DNA of 41,331 nt from Octopus bimaculoides. Its lineage: Eukaryota. How positions within the stretch are numbered: the stretch's first letter is position 1; each line of letters begins with the position of its first letter. The stretch spans positions 23,624,915 through 23,666,245 of the forward strand of contig NC_068986.1 in NCBI RefSeq assembly GCF_001194135.2, in the 5' to 3' direction. Made by a program: the position numbers and the translations under genes. Shown here piece after piece: positions 11,930 through 22,785 of this stretch. Under the pieces are notes generated by a model that worked only from the letters and a program-made list of their open reading frames with translations, was not told the DNA's origin and searched no databases.

Positions 11930-12770
11930 GTGCCTAAAATGGTAAAAAAAGAAATAAAAAGTCTTTTCAATACTTGATCTATATCATTGTTCATAATGGG
12001 TTTTTATAGCCAGTAAGTAGAAATGATGTGGTTAAAAATTCACAGGACCTATATCTAATCGTGATCAAAAATTTTTTTCCCCTGTCATTTTTAGTTGTAA
12101 AACACTATATTATAACATTTATTGCAAATTTTCAAGACACATTTTTGTTTTACATTTCATCTAAACTCTTTTCTTATCATCAAATCACTGAAGCACCAAG
12201 CAATAGTTTCTACATCAAGGGAAATTTTGTGAAAATGGTACAATGATGATTTGACGACGATTTGTCTGTGTAGTGCATAATGAAATATTTCTGGTAAATT
12301 AGTTTATGCGTCTACCATAAAACAGATATCCACTTCGATTGAGTCTAGATTTCCGGAGAGTGTGAAGCAAATATCTTTCAAACCGTTAAATATCAATAAG
12401 TAATCTCGTAATGTATTATCTATCTATCAATAAATTATATTAGTCATCTATCAATAGAATCATAAGAAGTCACATAATTATTTATTTGGGTTTTTTTGAT
12501 GGATGAGCGAAGCGCCTCTATTTTCAAACGTAGATATCTCGCTAAACATTTGGCAATGTATATTCATTTGTTAATTGGTACTAATTTGCCAGAAACTTTA
12601 GCTTTGAAATATCCATTGTTTTATCGTGGCCATCTAATACAATCCTGGTGTCAATAAAACATACAATAAAACAGACATTTCTGATTTCAAAATAGGATAA
12701 ATTACTATTGTTTTACCATTGTTATTTTGCTGAATTGACTTGAAGATTGATAGAAGAAATAAAATTGGCC
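11930..12770 (+). repeat. Segmental duplication block A, copy 2
   Basis: Matches copy 1 over 12210-12629 and copy 3 out to about 12770. Confidence 0.9.
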
Positions 12771-13070
12771 TCATACAGTTGCTTTTGATACGGTATTGTT
12801 CTTCTACTCAGAAGAATTCATTTTTATTTATGTATAATGTACGTTTAAACACATTGATCAGCTTTCATATACATATGTTACATTTTATTTTTATAGCGCA
12901 AATTTCTGAAGAATTATCTAGGCTCGCAAATTTCTATCAGAAAAATTTCTGGTCATCAGCATTTGCGACGAAAAGAGTAGCAAGTGTCTATCAAGGGCTT
13001 TTGGGGTTTTCACCATTATTATAAATTTGTTTACCAATATAAACTGCCGAACACATAAATTCAAACAAAA

Positions 13071-13073
<3 letters not shown>

Positions 13074-13131
<58 letters not shown>

Positions 13132-13194
13132 CTTTGTCTGTCTGTCTGCCTGCCTGCCTGCCTGCCTGCCTGTCTATCTGTCTGCCTGCCTGCT

Positions 13195-13225
<31 letters not shown>

Positions 13226-13235
13226 GTATATATAT
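13074..13235. repeat. Compound microsatellite (TCTA)n(TGCC)n(TCTG)n
   Basis: Seen directly in the sequence. Confidence 0.95.
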
Positions 13236-14358
13236 ATGTGTCTCAGCATCGCCGCAGTCAAATGCCTGATAAAAGTAACAGGTAAAAGAATAAAAGAGAG
13301 TATACATATATACATAATACATACATACNNNNNNNNNNNNNNNNNNNNNNNNNNNNNNNNNNNNNNNNNNNNNNNNNNNNNNNNNNNNNNNNNNNNNNNN
13401 NNNNNNNNNNNNNNNNNNNNNNNNNNNNNNNNNNNNNNNNNNNNNNNNNNNNNNNNNNNNNNNNNNNNNNNNNNNNNNNNNNNNNNNNNNNNNNNNNNNN
13501 NNNNNNNNNNNNNNNNNNNNNNNNNNNNNNNNNNNNNNNNNNNNNNNNNNNNNNNNNNNNNNNNNNNNNNNNNNNNNNNNNNNNNNNNNNNNNNNNNNNN
13601 NNNNNNNNNNNNNNNNNNNNNNNNNNNNNNNNNNNNNNNNNNNNNNNNNNNNNNNNNNNNNNNNNNNNNNNNNNNNNNNNNNNNNNNNNNNNNNNNNNNN
13701 NNNNNNNNNNNNNNNNNNNNNNNNNNNNNNNNNNNNNNNNNNNNNNNNNNNNNNNNNNNNNNNNNNNNNNNNNNNNNNNNNNNNNNNNNNNNNNNNNNNN
13801 NNNNNNNNNNNNNNNNNNNNNNNNNNNNNNNNNNNNNNNNNNNNNNNNNNNNNNNNNNNNNNNNNNNNNNNNNNNNNNNNNNNNNNNNNNNNNNNNNNNN
13901 NNNNNNNNNNNNNNNNNNNNNNNTATATATATATATACACATACAAATATACATACGTGTGTGTGTGTGTATAAAAGCCATGTAAAACGATAGGAAACTA
14001 GACGTGATCTAGCCGTGCAATCAAAGTTACTCACAAATCACTTGATGACATGGTGGTATACAATTGGTGCTCGACGATTTTCGTTATGTAATATTATATG
14101 ACAAACTCAGCAAATAACAGCTGTTACTACGGTTGAGAAACAATTGTGTTCTGCAATTATATCATGTTGATTACGTCATTTTGGTTTATAAATGATAAAT
14201 TCTGCATTCTCTAACAAAGTTCCACAAGTATATGTGTAATATGATTTTTACAAAGCTATGTATGTATGTATGTATGTATGTATGTATGTATGTATGTATG
14301 TATGTATGTATGTATGTATTATGTATGTATATATGTATGTATATATGTTTGTATGAAT

Positions 14359-14436
14359 ATTGTTGACAGTTACCTCGAAGGTGCGGCCAGCTGAGTCATC
14401 GTTGAGCAGTCCAACAATGGCTTAGCTGGCAAAAGC
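14359..14436. repeat. Short palindromic repeat, copy 1, right arm truncated by a SINE
   Basis: ATTGTTGACAGTTACCTCGAAG...CATCGTTGAGCAGTCCAACAATGGCTTAGCTGG is homologous to the reverse complement of 16621-16720. Confidence 0.75.
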
Positions 14437-14620
14437 GCTAGAGGATCAGATGAAATGTTTTGGCGTATTTCTTCTCAATCTTTATATTTTGAGTTCAGTT
14501 CCAGTCAGGCCAAACAATCCCTTTCATCCCTTCGGAGTCAATATAGTAATGTGGGGCTGATTATCCCATTCCCTCTTCAAAACTGTCATTTTAATTATTA
14601 CGTGATACCAAAATCTAACA
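14422..14620 (+). mobile_element. Old, degenerate SINE family C copy
   Basis: Recognisable TTTTGAGTTCAG...CCTTTCATCCCTTCGGAGTC relative to 11142-11288. Confidence 0.5.
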
Positions 14621-14683
14621 GATGTTTCGTGTGGCGTTCTTAGACTAAACTACTCTGCCTTTCAATACTATTATTCCTTAGTA

Positions 14684-15006
14684 AAGGCGCGTGGCTTAGT
14701 GGTTCGAGCATTCAGCTCACGATTGTAAGGTCGTGAGTTCAATTCCTGGCGATGCGTTGTGTCCTTGAGCAAGATACTTTATTTCACGTTGCTCCAGTCC
14801 ACTCAGCTGGCAAAAATGAGTTGTACCTGTATTTCAAAGAGCCGGCCTTGTCAGATTCTGTGTCACGCTGAATATCTCCGAGAACTACGTTAAGGGTACA
14901 CGTGTCTGTGGAGTGCTCAGCCACTTGCACGTTAATTTCACGAGCAGGCTGTTCCGTTGATCGTATCAGCTGAGATCCTCGTCGTCGTAACCGACGGAGT
15001 GCTCCT
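14684..15006 (+). mobile_element. SINE family B, full length (tRNA head, CORE-like domain)
   Basis: A-box TGGCTTAGTGG and B-box GAGTTCAATTCC; TGTGTCCTTGAGCAAGATACTT resembles the start of the CORE domain. Second copy at 1558-1880. Confidence 0.9.
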
Positions 15007-15424
15007 CCTTTTGTTTTTATATTTTGCATTTGTGTATATTAGGCACACACACACACATACACACGCACATGAACAACACACACATATACACTCATACACA
15101 CACACATCGATGCCCCACGAACACATAGAGACACCGAAGCGCGCAGCGTGTACGTACACGGACATACAGACATATACAGAGGAATAGATTTTGGCATCAT
15201 CCATAAATGTATAAACACACACACACAAACACACACTCATATATATATATATATANNNNNNNNNNNNNNNNNNNNNNNNNNNNNNNNNNNNNNNNNNNNN
15301 NNNNNNNNNNNNNNNNNNNNNNNNNNNNNNNNNNNNNNNNNNNNNNNNNNNNNNNNNNNNNNNNNNNNNNNNNNNNNNNNNNNNNNNNNNNNNNNNNNNN
15401 NNNNNNNNNNNNNNNNNTATATAC

Positions 15425-15857
15425 GCAGAGGTTTCCCAATTATTATCGGATATCTAATTAATGAACGCAGATATATTTTTTTGTCTTCCACAATTAGTTG
15501 ATAACTGATTTTTATCAGGCAGCCATTCTCGCTTTGAGCTAATCATTTTTGATAAAGTGTACGATGATTAATTAAATATTGTATTTCATACATAGTTTTG
15601 ACCTTTATTCAGAATTAAGCTAGCCTTGTCACTTAAGATGCATGCAGCTTGTCCCGCTTCGTTGTGTACATTTATGTATTGCTATGTTTTCTATGATTCT
15701 GGCGATCACCATGTATTGTGAGGTGACAGCTGTGATAGAAATCTGGTTAATAACGTGTCATGGCGTCTTAGTTACATTTTATCTTTAGGGAAATTAATTT
15801 TATACGGAGAACCTAAGGTACACATCCTTTTGTTCTAATGAGCTGGTGTGGTGTATG
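15425..15857 (+). repeat. Segmental duplication block B, copy 2
   Basis: Diverged homolog of 10440-10872. Confidence 0.8.
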
Positions 15858-16231
15858 CCACACACACACATATAGAAACACACTCACACACATACAGAAA
15901 CACACTCACACCCATCTTTAATACGTGTGAACATATACGGGAATGAGAGTTTTGTACACATGTAACATCATTTACACATGTATACAAAATGATGTATGTT
16001 TTATCTCTGTGTCTACGATTTCCTCCCTTTCTTTTTCACACACACGCACACGCACACACACACACATACACACACACACACACACACACGCACACACTAT
16101 GTATATATATATTCTCAATCTATATAAAGTCATGTAACAAATTACTGTTCATCTTATTGTTTGATTGTTCTATCGATACGTTACATTCATTATGCATTAT
16201 ATATACCACATATTATATATTATACATTATT

Positions 16232-16427
16232 TTTTTCTCTCTCTCTCTGTCTGGCTGTCTCTCTCTGTCTGTCTGTCTCTCTCTGTCTGTCTGTCTCTCT
16301 CCGTCTGTCTGTCTCTCTCTGTCTGTCTGTCTGTCTCTCTCTGTCTCTCTGTCTCTCTGTCTCTCTGTCTCTCTCTGTCTCTCTGTCTCTCTCTGTCTCT
16401 CTCTGTCTCTCTCTGTCTGTCTGTTTG

Positions 16428-16480
<53 letters not shown>
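16232..16480. repeat. Polypyrimidine microsatellite (TC)n/(TCTG)n
   Basis: Seen directly; source of the spurious SLSVCL ORFs. Confidence 0.95.
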
Positions 16481-16481
<1 letters not shown>

Positions 16482-16620
16482 ACTCTGTGTGTGTGTGTGC
16501 GCGCATACACCACACCACGTTTGTTCTCATGCTCAGTTATAATAAAAACAATTTTGCATTAATCTGATGGGTCACTCTATACTTTTGTAAGAGTACAAAT
16601 TTATTATTCTTATAAAAGAA

Positions 16621-16720
16621 TGTTGTTAACAGTGACCTTGAAGTTTCGGTCAGGTAAGCCATCGTTGGACTGCTCAATGATGGCTCGCCAGTCTCAAACT
16701 TCGAAGTTACTGTCAACAAT
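16621..16720. repeat. Short palindromic repeat, copy 2: 100-nt ungapped hairpin
   Basis: About 47 register-matched positions around the loop ACTGC; the inner 12 pairs are contiguous (AGCCATCGTTGG/TCAATGATGGCT). Confidence 0.85.
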
Positions 16721-16915
16721 ATTCATACATACATACATACACACACCCACCCACACACAAATGTATATGAATTTGTGTTGCAACAAATGGAACAATAACA
16801 CCCACACCACACAACTTGACTAAAGACTAAAGACTGTAGGGAGAAAAAGAAAATAAAGATACAAACAGCGTAATACACATACAATAGACATATACGCACA
16901 TACCTATAATAAATA

Positions 16916-17164
16916 TTCTTTTCTACTCTAGGAACAAGGCCTGAAATGTTTGGGGAGGGTGCCAGTCGATTAGATCGACCGCCAGTACGCAACTGATGCT
17001 GGTGTGTTTATGTCCCCGTGTCTTAGCGGTTCGGCAAAGAGACCGATAAAATAAGTACTAGGCTTACAAAGAATGAGTCCTGGGGTCGATTTGCTCGACT
17101 AAAGGCGGTGCTCCAGCACTGCCGCAGTCACATGACTGGAACAAATAAAAGAATAAAATAAAGA

Positions 17165-17167
<3 letters not shown>
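16916..17167. mobile_element. Chimeric SINE: family C 3' end (minus) fused to family A 3' half (plus)
   Basis: 16916-16994 matches 30380-30457; from 16995 the sequence matches 21572 onward and 22597 onward. Junction CGCAACT|GATGCTGG. Confidence 0.85.
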
Positions 17168-17215
<48 letters not shown>

Positions 17216-17408
17216 CATACATATATATATATATATACATACATCTATATATATATGTGTGTGTGTGTGTCTGTGTGTGTGTGTGTCTGTGTGTGTGTGT
17301 GCCGAGATCGTATAAGATATGCTAATGAAGTGATAGCCAAGATTATACTTATTCTCTCCACCCGTCCATTTATCTATCTATCTATCTCTCTATCTATCTA
17401 TCTCCCGC

Positions 17409-17471
<63 letters not shown>

Positions 17472-18485
17472 CTCTATCTATCTATCAAATATATTTAACT
17501 GTATGTGTGCATGTGTGAGCTTCTATGCTTGTGTCTGAGTGTGTGCAATAGTGTGTATGCGTTCGAATTTGTGTGAGTGTGTGTCTTTGTATGTGAGTAT
17601 GTGTAGGTGTGTGTGCACGTGTGTGTGCCCCGTTGTTTGCATGCTGGAAGTTGTTCACTGATGTGTAGAATGGCAATATCATCACTCTCTCTATCTTCGC
17701 GATGATGGAACTAGATTCAGTATGAAGACTAACGCAATGCTAAAGGGTACCTTTTTCAAGACAGTACCACAAATCCATTCAATCGGAAACCTTTCAGATG
17801 GACACCACAGTCTTTTTTATTCTCACAACCTGTTGGTCCAGTATTAGACTGCTTCGTTCTTGACGACATCGGACAGGCAGCACTTCAACCACACCCTCAC
17901 ACACATTTATATAACATAAGCATATGTGCACACACTCATACACAAACATACACACACATACATACACACACGTACGCACACATGCACACACATAGGGAGA
18001 GGGATTTAACTAGGGATAGATATGCACATGTATGCAGACATATATTTAAATATGTGTGTTAATGTGCGTGTGTATGCGCGCGCGTGTCTGCCTTTGTGTG
18101 AGTGATTGTGTGTGTGTGTTTGTGTGTGTGTTTGTGCGTGTGTTTGTGTGTGTGAGAGTGTGTGCAGGCACGACGCTTATGAATCAGTCAATGTATCGGA
18201 AATGACTGATGGCAAAGGAAGTCCCTAATGAAAATCTGTCTGTCTGCGTGTTTCTCTCTTTCTCTCAACGACACATATGCACACACATACACAGAGGCCT
18301 ACACAAATACAAACAGGCACACACAGAAATGTTATATGCGTTTGAATCTGTGTATTTATGGGTATATTCGCGCGAGAGAGTATGTATGTATCTCTTCTAT
18401 GTTTTAATTATTATAAATCTTCCACTGAGGAGGGAGCTGGCTTCCAACAAAGATACAAGGCTCTGTATGGCTGTATGCATGTATG

Positions 18486-18519
<34 letters not shown>

Positions 18520-19112
18520 TGTATGTATTTATTTATTTATTTGCCCGATAGACATATTGTAAGCTTGACGTACGAAAACATCTTTTCAAAAGGAACTTTT
18601 ATACACACAACCAAGCAAGTATAAATAGACGGGAGCTTCACAGTAGATTATTTATCTTGATTTAGAATTTGCATTTCGTGTTGTTGAAGCAACAATAAAG
18701 GCACACAATGTATCAAAATTACCTGTTGTGAATGACTAAAGCAGTTATTTCTCTTCAATTACGTTGTTAATATCAGCTCGTAAATTACAAATGCCTCATT
18801 TTGTCTTTCTTACTGCCTTGGAAATGCGTGGCCTTGAGTCTGTAAGAAGAAATTCATGTAGCAAGTGATTTCCCTTAATGTTTGTAATGTGTTTTATAGG
18901 TTGTCACACACATAACAGAAATTAGTATATGAGTATCTGAATGCTATCGGGAAATACTTTTTCTATTATATATAATGGATTTAACACTGCAGTATATTTA
19001 TATGAAAACCTTAGCTTAAGATGAGAAACACATCTTATTGTTCTCTTAAGTAAACAGAAAAATAATTAGAAATAGTCGGTATAGATAGTCAAAGAATAAC
19101 GAGACATCTACT

Positions 19113-19147
19113 CTGAGGAGGGATAATTATTCCGAAACAGTTCTGTA
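19113..19147 (+). ncRNA. Minimal (PLE-type) hammerhead motif with decayed stem I
   Basis: CTGAGGA - GGGAT[AATT]ATTCC - GAA - ACAG[TT]CTGT - A: intact core, 5-bp stem II, 4-bp stem III and a GUA triplet. Confidence 0.65.
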
Positions 19148-19919
19148 AAATATTTTAAATCATTTTTCTGTTTATTCAAGAAAACGCTATGATGATTTTA
19201 CATCAGGCCAATCTCTACTGTTAACGATTACAAATAAATAACTCTAGACTTACCACATTATGCATGTTTTTGGTATCTTGAATCAGCTATGTATAACATA
19301 AACATATATTATTCTTTTTAAAGAAATATTAAATGATAACAGAGTAATAATAGTATTTATGATTACATACACTTTTATATATATATATGTGTATATATAT
19401 GTATATANNNNNNNNNNNNNNNNNNNNNNNNNNNNNNNNNNNNNNNNNNNNNNNNNNNNNNNNNNNNNNNNNNNNNNNNNNNNNNNNNNNNNNNNNNNNN
19501 NNNNNNNNNNTATATATAAATATATATATATGTTGTTAAACAGGACACCAAATATTAAGGCAAGGCAAACATATGAAGTTGTATACAATATTATTGTAGG
19601 AAGAAATTCAAAATCTTACAGCTGTTTCGGGGATATTTTGGATTTCTTCCTATAATAATATTGTATACGACTTGAGATGTTTGCTTTGCCTTGATCTTTG
19701 CTGTCCTGTTTAACAATTACATATCCGCTGCATAGGAAATCTGCAATGGCTCCATAACTACCGTCTCGACTATGAACTTAGAGCCCTAGTAATCTGTTAC
19801 AGCACTTGCCTAGCGTACCTAATCGTTTAGATCACTTGTGAGCTAAACCTCCATACTTTGTATGCATGTATATATATATATAGATATGTGTTGGTGTATG
19901 TGTGCATGTATTGGTTTAG

Positions 19920-20156
19920 TCTTTTACTCTTTTACTTGTTTCAGTAATTTGACAGTGGCCATGCTGGGGCACCACCTTTAGTCGAGCAAATCGACCCCAG
20001 GACTTATTCTTTGTAAGCCTAGAACTTATTCTATCGGTCTCTTTGGTCGAACTGCTAAGTTACGGGGACATAAACACACCAGCATCGGTTGTCAAGCGAT
20101 GTTGGGGCGGGGACAAACACAGACACACGAACATATACAAACACACACATACATAC

Positions 20157-20196
<40 letters not shown>

Positions 20197-20345
20197 NNNN
20201 NNNNNNNNNNNNNNNNNNNNNNNNNNNNNNNNNNNNNNNNNNNNNNNNNNNNNNNNNNNNNNNNNNNNNNNNNNNNNNNNNNNNNNNNNNNNNNNNNNNN
20301 NNNNNNNNNNNNNNNNNNNNNNNNNNNNNNNNNNNNNNNACATAC

Positions 20346-20382
<37 letters not shown>

Positions 20383-20518
20383 ACGGGCGTCTTTCAGTTT
20401 CCGTCTACTAAATCCACTCACAAGGCTTTGGTCGGCCCAAGGTGCCACGCAGTGGGACAGAACCCGGAACCATGTGGTTCGTAAACAAGTTACTTACCAC
20501 ACAGCCACTCCTACGCCT
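19920..20518 (-). mobile_element. SINE family A, near full length (gap in the internal microsatellite)
   Basis: tRNA-like head (TGGCTGTGTGG A-box; degenerate B-box-like GGTTCTGTCCC), small GCCC-bounded deletion, TAAAAGAG tail. Confidence 0.92.
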
Positions 20519-20700
20519 ATGTATGTATATCATTCTAAATGAATTATATTATATAAAATTAATATTCCATATAAATAAATGAAATACTAAATGTTAGTTG
20601 TGTAAAATACAATAGCATTTTCAAAATTTTGTTAACACTATGTATGTTTATTTTTCCTTGTAATTATATCACGGAATCAACAACTAATTATTATTACAAC

Positions 20701-21260
20701 CAAAAAAATTTAATTAGAATGGTACTACCAGGATGTGACAATGATTCGTCTGTGACCTTCATAAGGAAATAAGTTTAGGTAATTAGTTGTAAAATAGATA
20801 TCGACTTCGTTAGAGTCTAGATTTCCGGATAGTGTGAAGTAAATATATTTGAAACTGTTAAATATCGATAAGTAGTCTGGTAATGTATTATCTATCAATA
20901 AATCATATTAGTCATCTTTCAATAGAACCATAAGAAGTCACATAATTATATATTTGGGTTTATTAATGGATGAGTGAAGCGCCTCTGTTTTCAAGCGTAG
21001 ATATCTCGCTAAAGAGTTAGCAATGTATATTCATTTGTTAATTGGTCCTAATTTGCTAGAAAATTCAGCTTTGAAATATATTTTGTTTTATCCTGGTTGT
21101 TAAATAGAATCGTAATAGTACAAAATCTATATTCAATACATATGATAAATCAAGTATAATTCTGATTTCAAAATAGAATACACTAATTCTCTTTTACCGT
21201 TGTTATTTTATTGTATTGACTCGCTCAACTAACATAAGTAAAATTGCCTTCATTTTCGAC
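20701..21260 (+). repeat. Segmental duplication block A, copy 3
   Basis: TCGACTTCG...GAGTCTAGATTTCCGGA...CATAAGAAGTCACATAATTA...GATATCTCGCTAAA is shared with copies 1 and 2. Confidence 0.9.
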
Positions 21261-21320
21261 CTGGTCATTTTGTAATATTCCTATTCTCTAACCTAATCAT
21301 ATTCTTTTATTATGCTATGG

Positions 21321-21657
21321 AGGTGCAGGAGTGGCTGCGTAGTAAGTAGCTTGCTTACCAACCACATAGTTTCGGGTTCAGTCCCACTGCGTGGCACCTT
21401 GGGCAGGTGTCTTCTACTATGGCCTCGGGCCGACCAAAGCCTTGTGAGTGGATTTGGTAGACGGAAACTGGAAGAAGCCTGTCGTATATATATATGTATA
21501 TATAGATATAAGAAAATGGATATAATAACAATGGGAAACTCGTGGTTCTCCCACAACATCGCATGACAACCGATGCTGGTGTGTTTACGTCCCCGTAACG
21601 TAGCAGTTCTGCAAAAGTGAACCCGATAGAATTAGTACTAGGCTAACAAAGAATAAG
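21321..21657 (+). mobile_element. SINE family A, cut by an assembly gap
   Basis: Head GGTGCAGGAGTGGCTGCGTAGTAAG...GGGTTCAGTCCC; carries a private 38-bp insert at 21510-21547. Confidence 0.92.
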
Positions 21658-22350
21658 NNNNNNNNNNNNNNNNNNNNNNNNNNNNNNNNNNNNNNNNNNN
21701 NNNNNNNNNNNNNNNNNNNNNNNNNNNNNNNNNNNNNNNNNNNNNNNNNNNNNNNNNNNNNNNNNNNNNNNNNNNNNNNNNNNNNNNNNNNNNNNNNNNN
21801 NNNNNNNNNNNNNNNNNNNNNNNNNNNNNNNNNNNNNNNNNNNNNNNNNNNNNNNNNNNNNNNNNNNNNNNNNNNNNNNNNNNNNNNNNNNNNNNNNNNN
21901 NNNNNNNNNNNNNNNNNNNNNNNNNNNNNNNNNNNNNNNNNNNNNNNNNNNNNNNNNNNNNNNNNNNNNNNNNNNNNNNNNNNNNNNNNNNNNNNNNNNN
22001 NNNNNNNNNNNNNNNNNNNNNNNNNNNNNNNNNNNNNNNNNNNNNNNNNNNNNNNNNNNNNNNNNNNNNNNNNNNNNNNNNNNNNNNNNNNNNNNNNNNN
22101 NNNNNNNNNNNNNNNNNNNNNNNNNNNNNNNNNNNNNNNNNNNNNNNNNNNNNNNNNNNNNNNNNNACAAACGAACACGTATTAACAGAGAATATAGGTG
22201 ATACAGACACTCCTCATACACACATGCACTTACAAAAGACACAGACACATTGAAAGACACGCATGCGTAGACACATACAATAGGAATACAAAATACAAAA
22301 TGGCTGATAGTTAGCAAGGTGAGACACACATAAGAAAGAAGGAAACAAAG

Positions 22351-22394
22351 GACCACTGATGAGGTCACAGAAGTCTGACGAAAGAACTCTAGTC
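22351..22394 (+). ncRNA. Candidate minimal type I hammerhead
   Basis: GACCA - CTGATGA(G) - GTCA[8 nt]TGAC - GAA - AG[AA]CT - C - TAGTC. Stem I pairs 4/5, and there is one extra nucleotide after A9. Confidence 0.5.
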
Positions 22395-22510
22395 GAAATA
22401 AGATTAAGATTAATGTAATATAAAGCTGAAGCAAATTAACACCAAATATACAGTGCGTGTGTTTTTATTGGCTAAACTGGCAATATGACCATCCCCAAGT
22501 ACAACAACAT

Positions 22511-22785
22511 ATATATATATGTATATATAGATATAAGAAAATGGATATAATAACAATGGGAAACTCGTGGTTCTCCCACAACATCGCATGACAACCGATG
22601 CTGGTGTGTTTACGTCCCCGTAACGTAGCAGTTCTGCAAAAGTGAACCCGATAGAATTAGTACTAGGCTAACAAAGAATAAGTCCTGGGTTCGATTTGCT
22701 CGAGTAAAGGCGGTGTTCCTGCATGGCTCCTGTATGGCCGTGGTCAAATGACTAACACAAATAAAAGAAAAGAAAAAAATAAGAA
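22511..22785 (+). mobile_element. SINE family A 3' half; first 172 bp identical to 21486-21657
   Basis: Exact repeat at offset 1025, including the private insert. Confidence 0.9.

Noticed and set aside
12925-12960. Minus-strand CTGATGA with a nearby hairpin and GAAA
   Set aside because: There are extra bases on both sides of stem II and no valid stem III or cleavage triplet.
13134-14034. Long ORFs spanning N runs (also at 21585-22434, 33345-34560 and others)
   Set aside because: They are open only because N codons and dinucleotide repeats contain no stops.
14684-14760. tRNA gene-like sequences at SINE heads
   Set aside because: They have A/B boxes but no complete cloverleaf, and they continue into SINE bodies.
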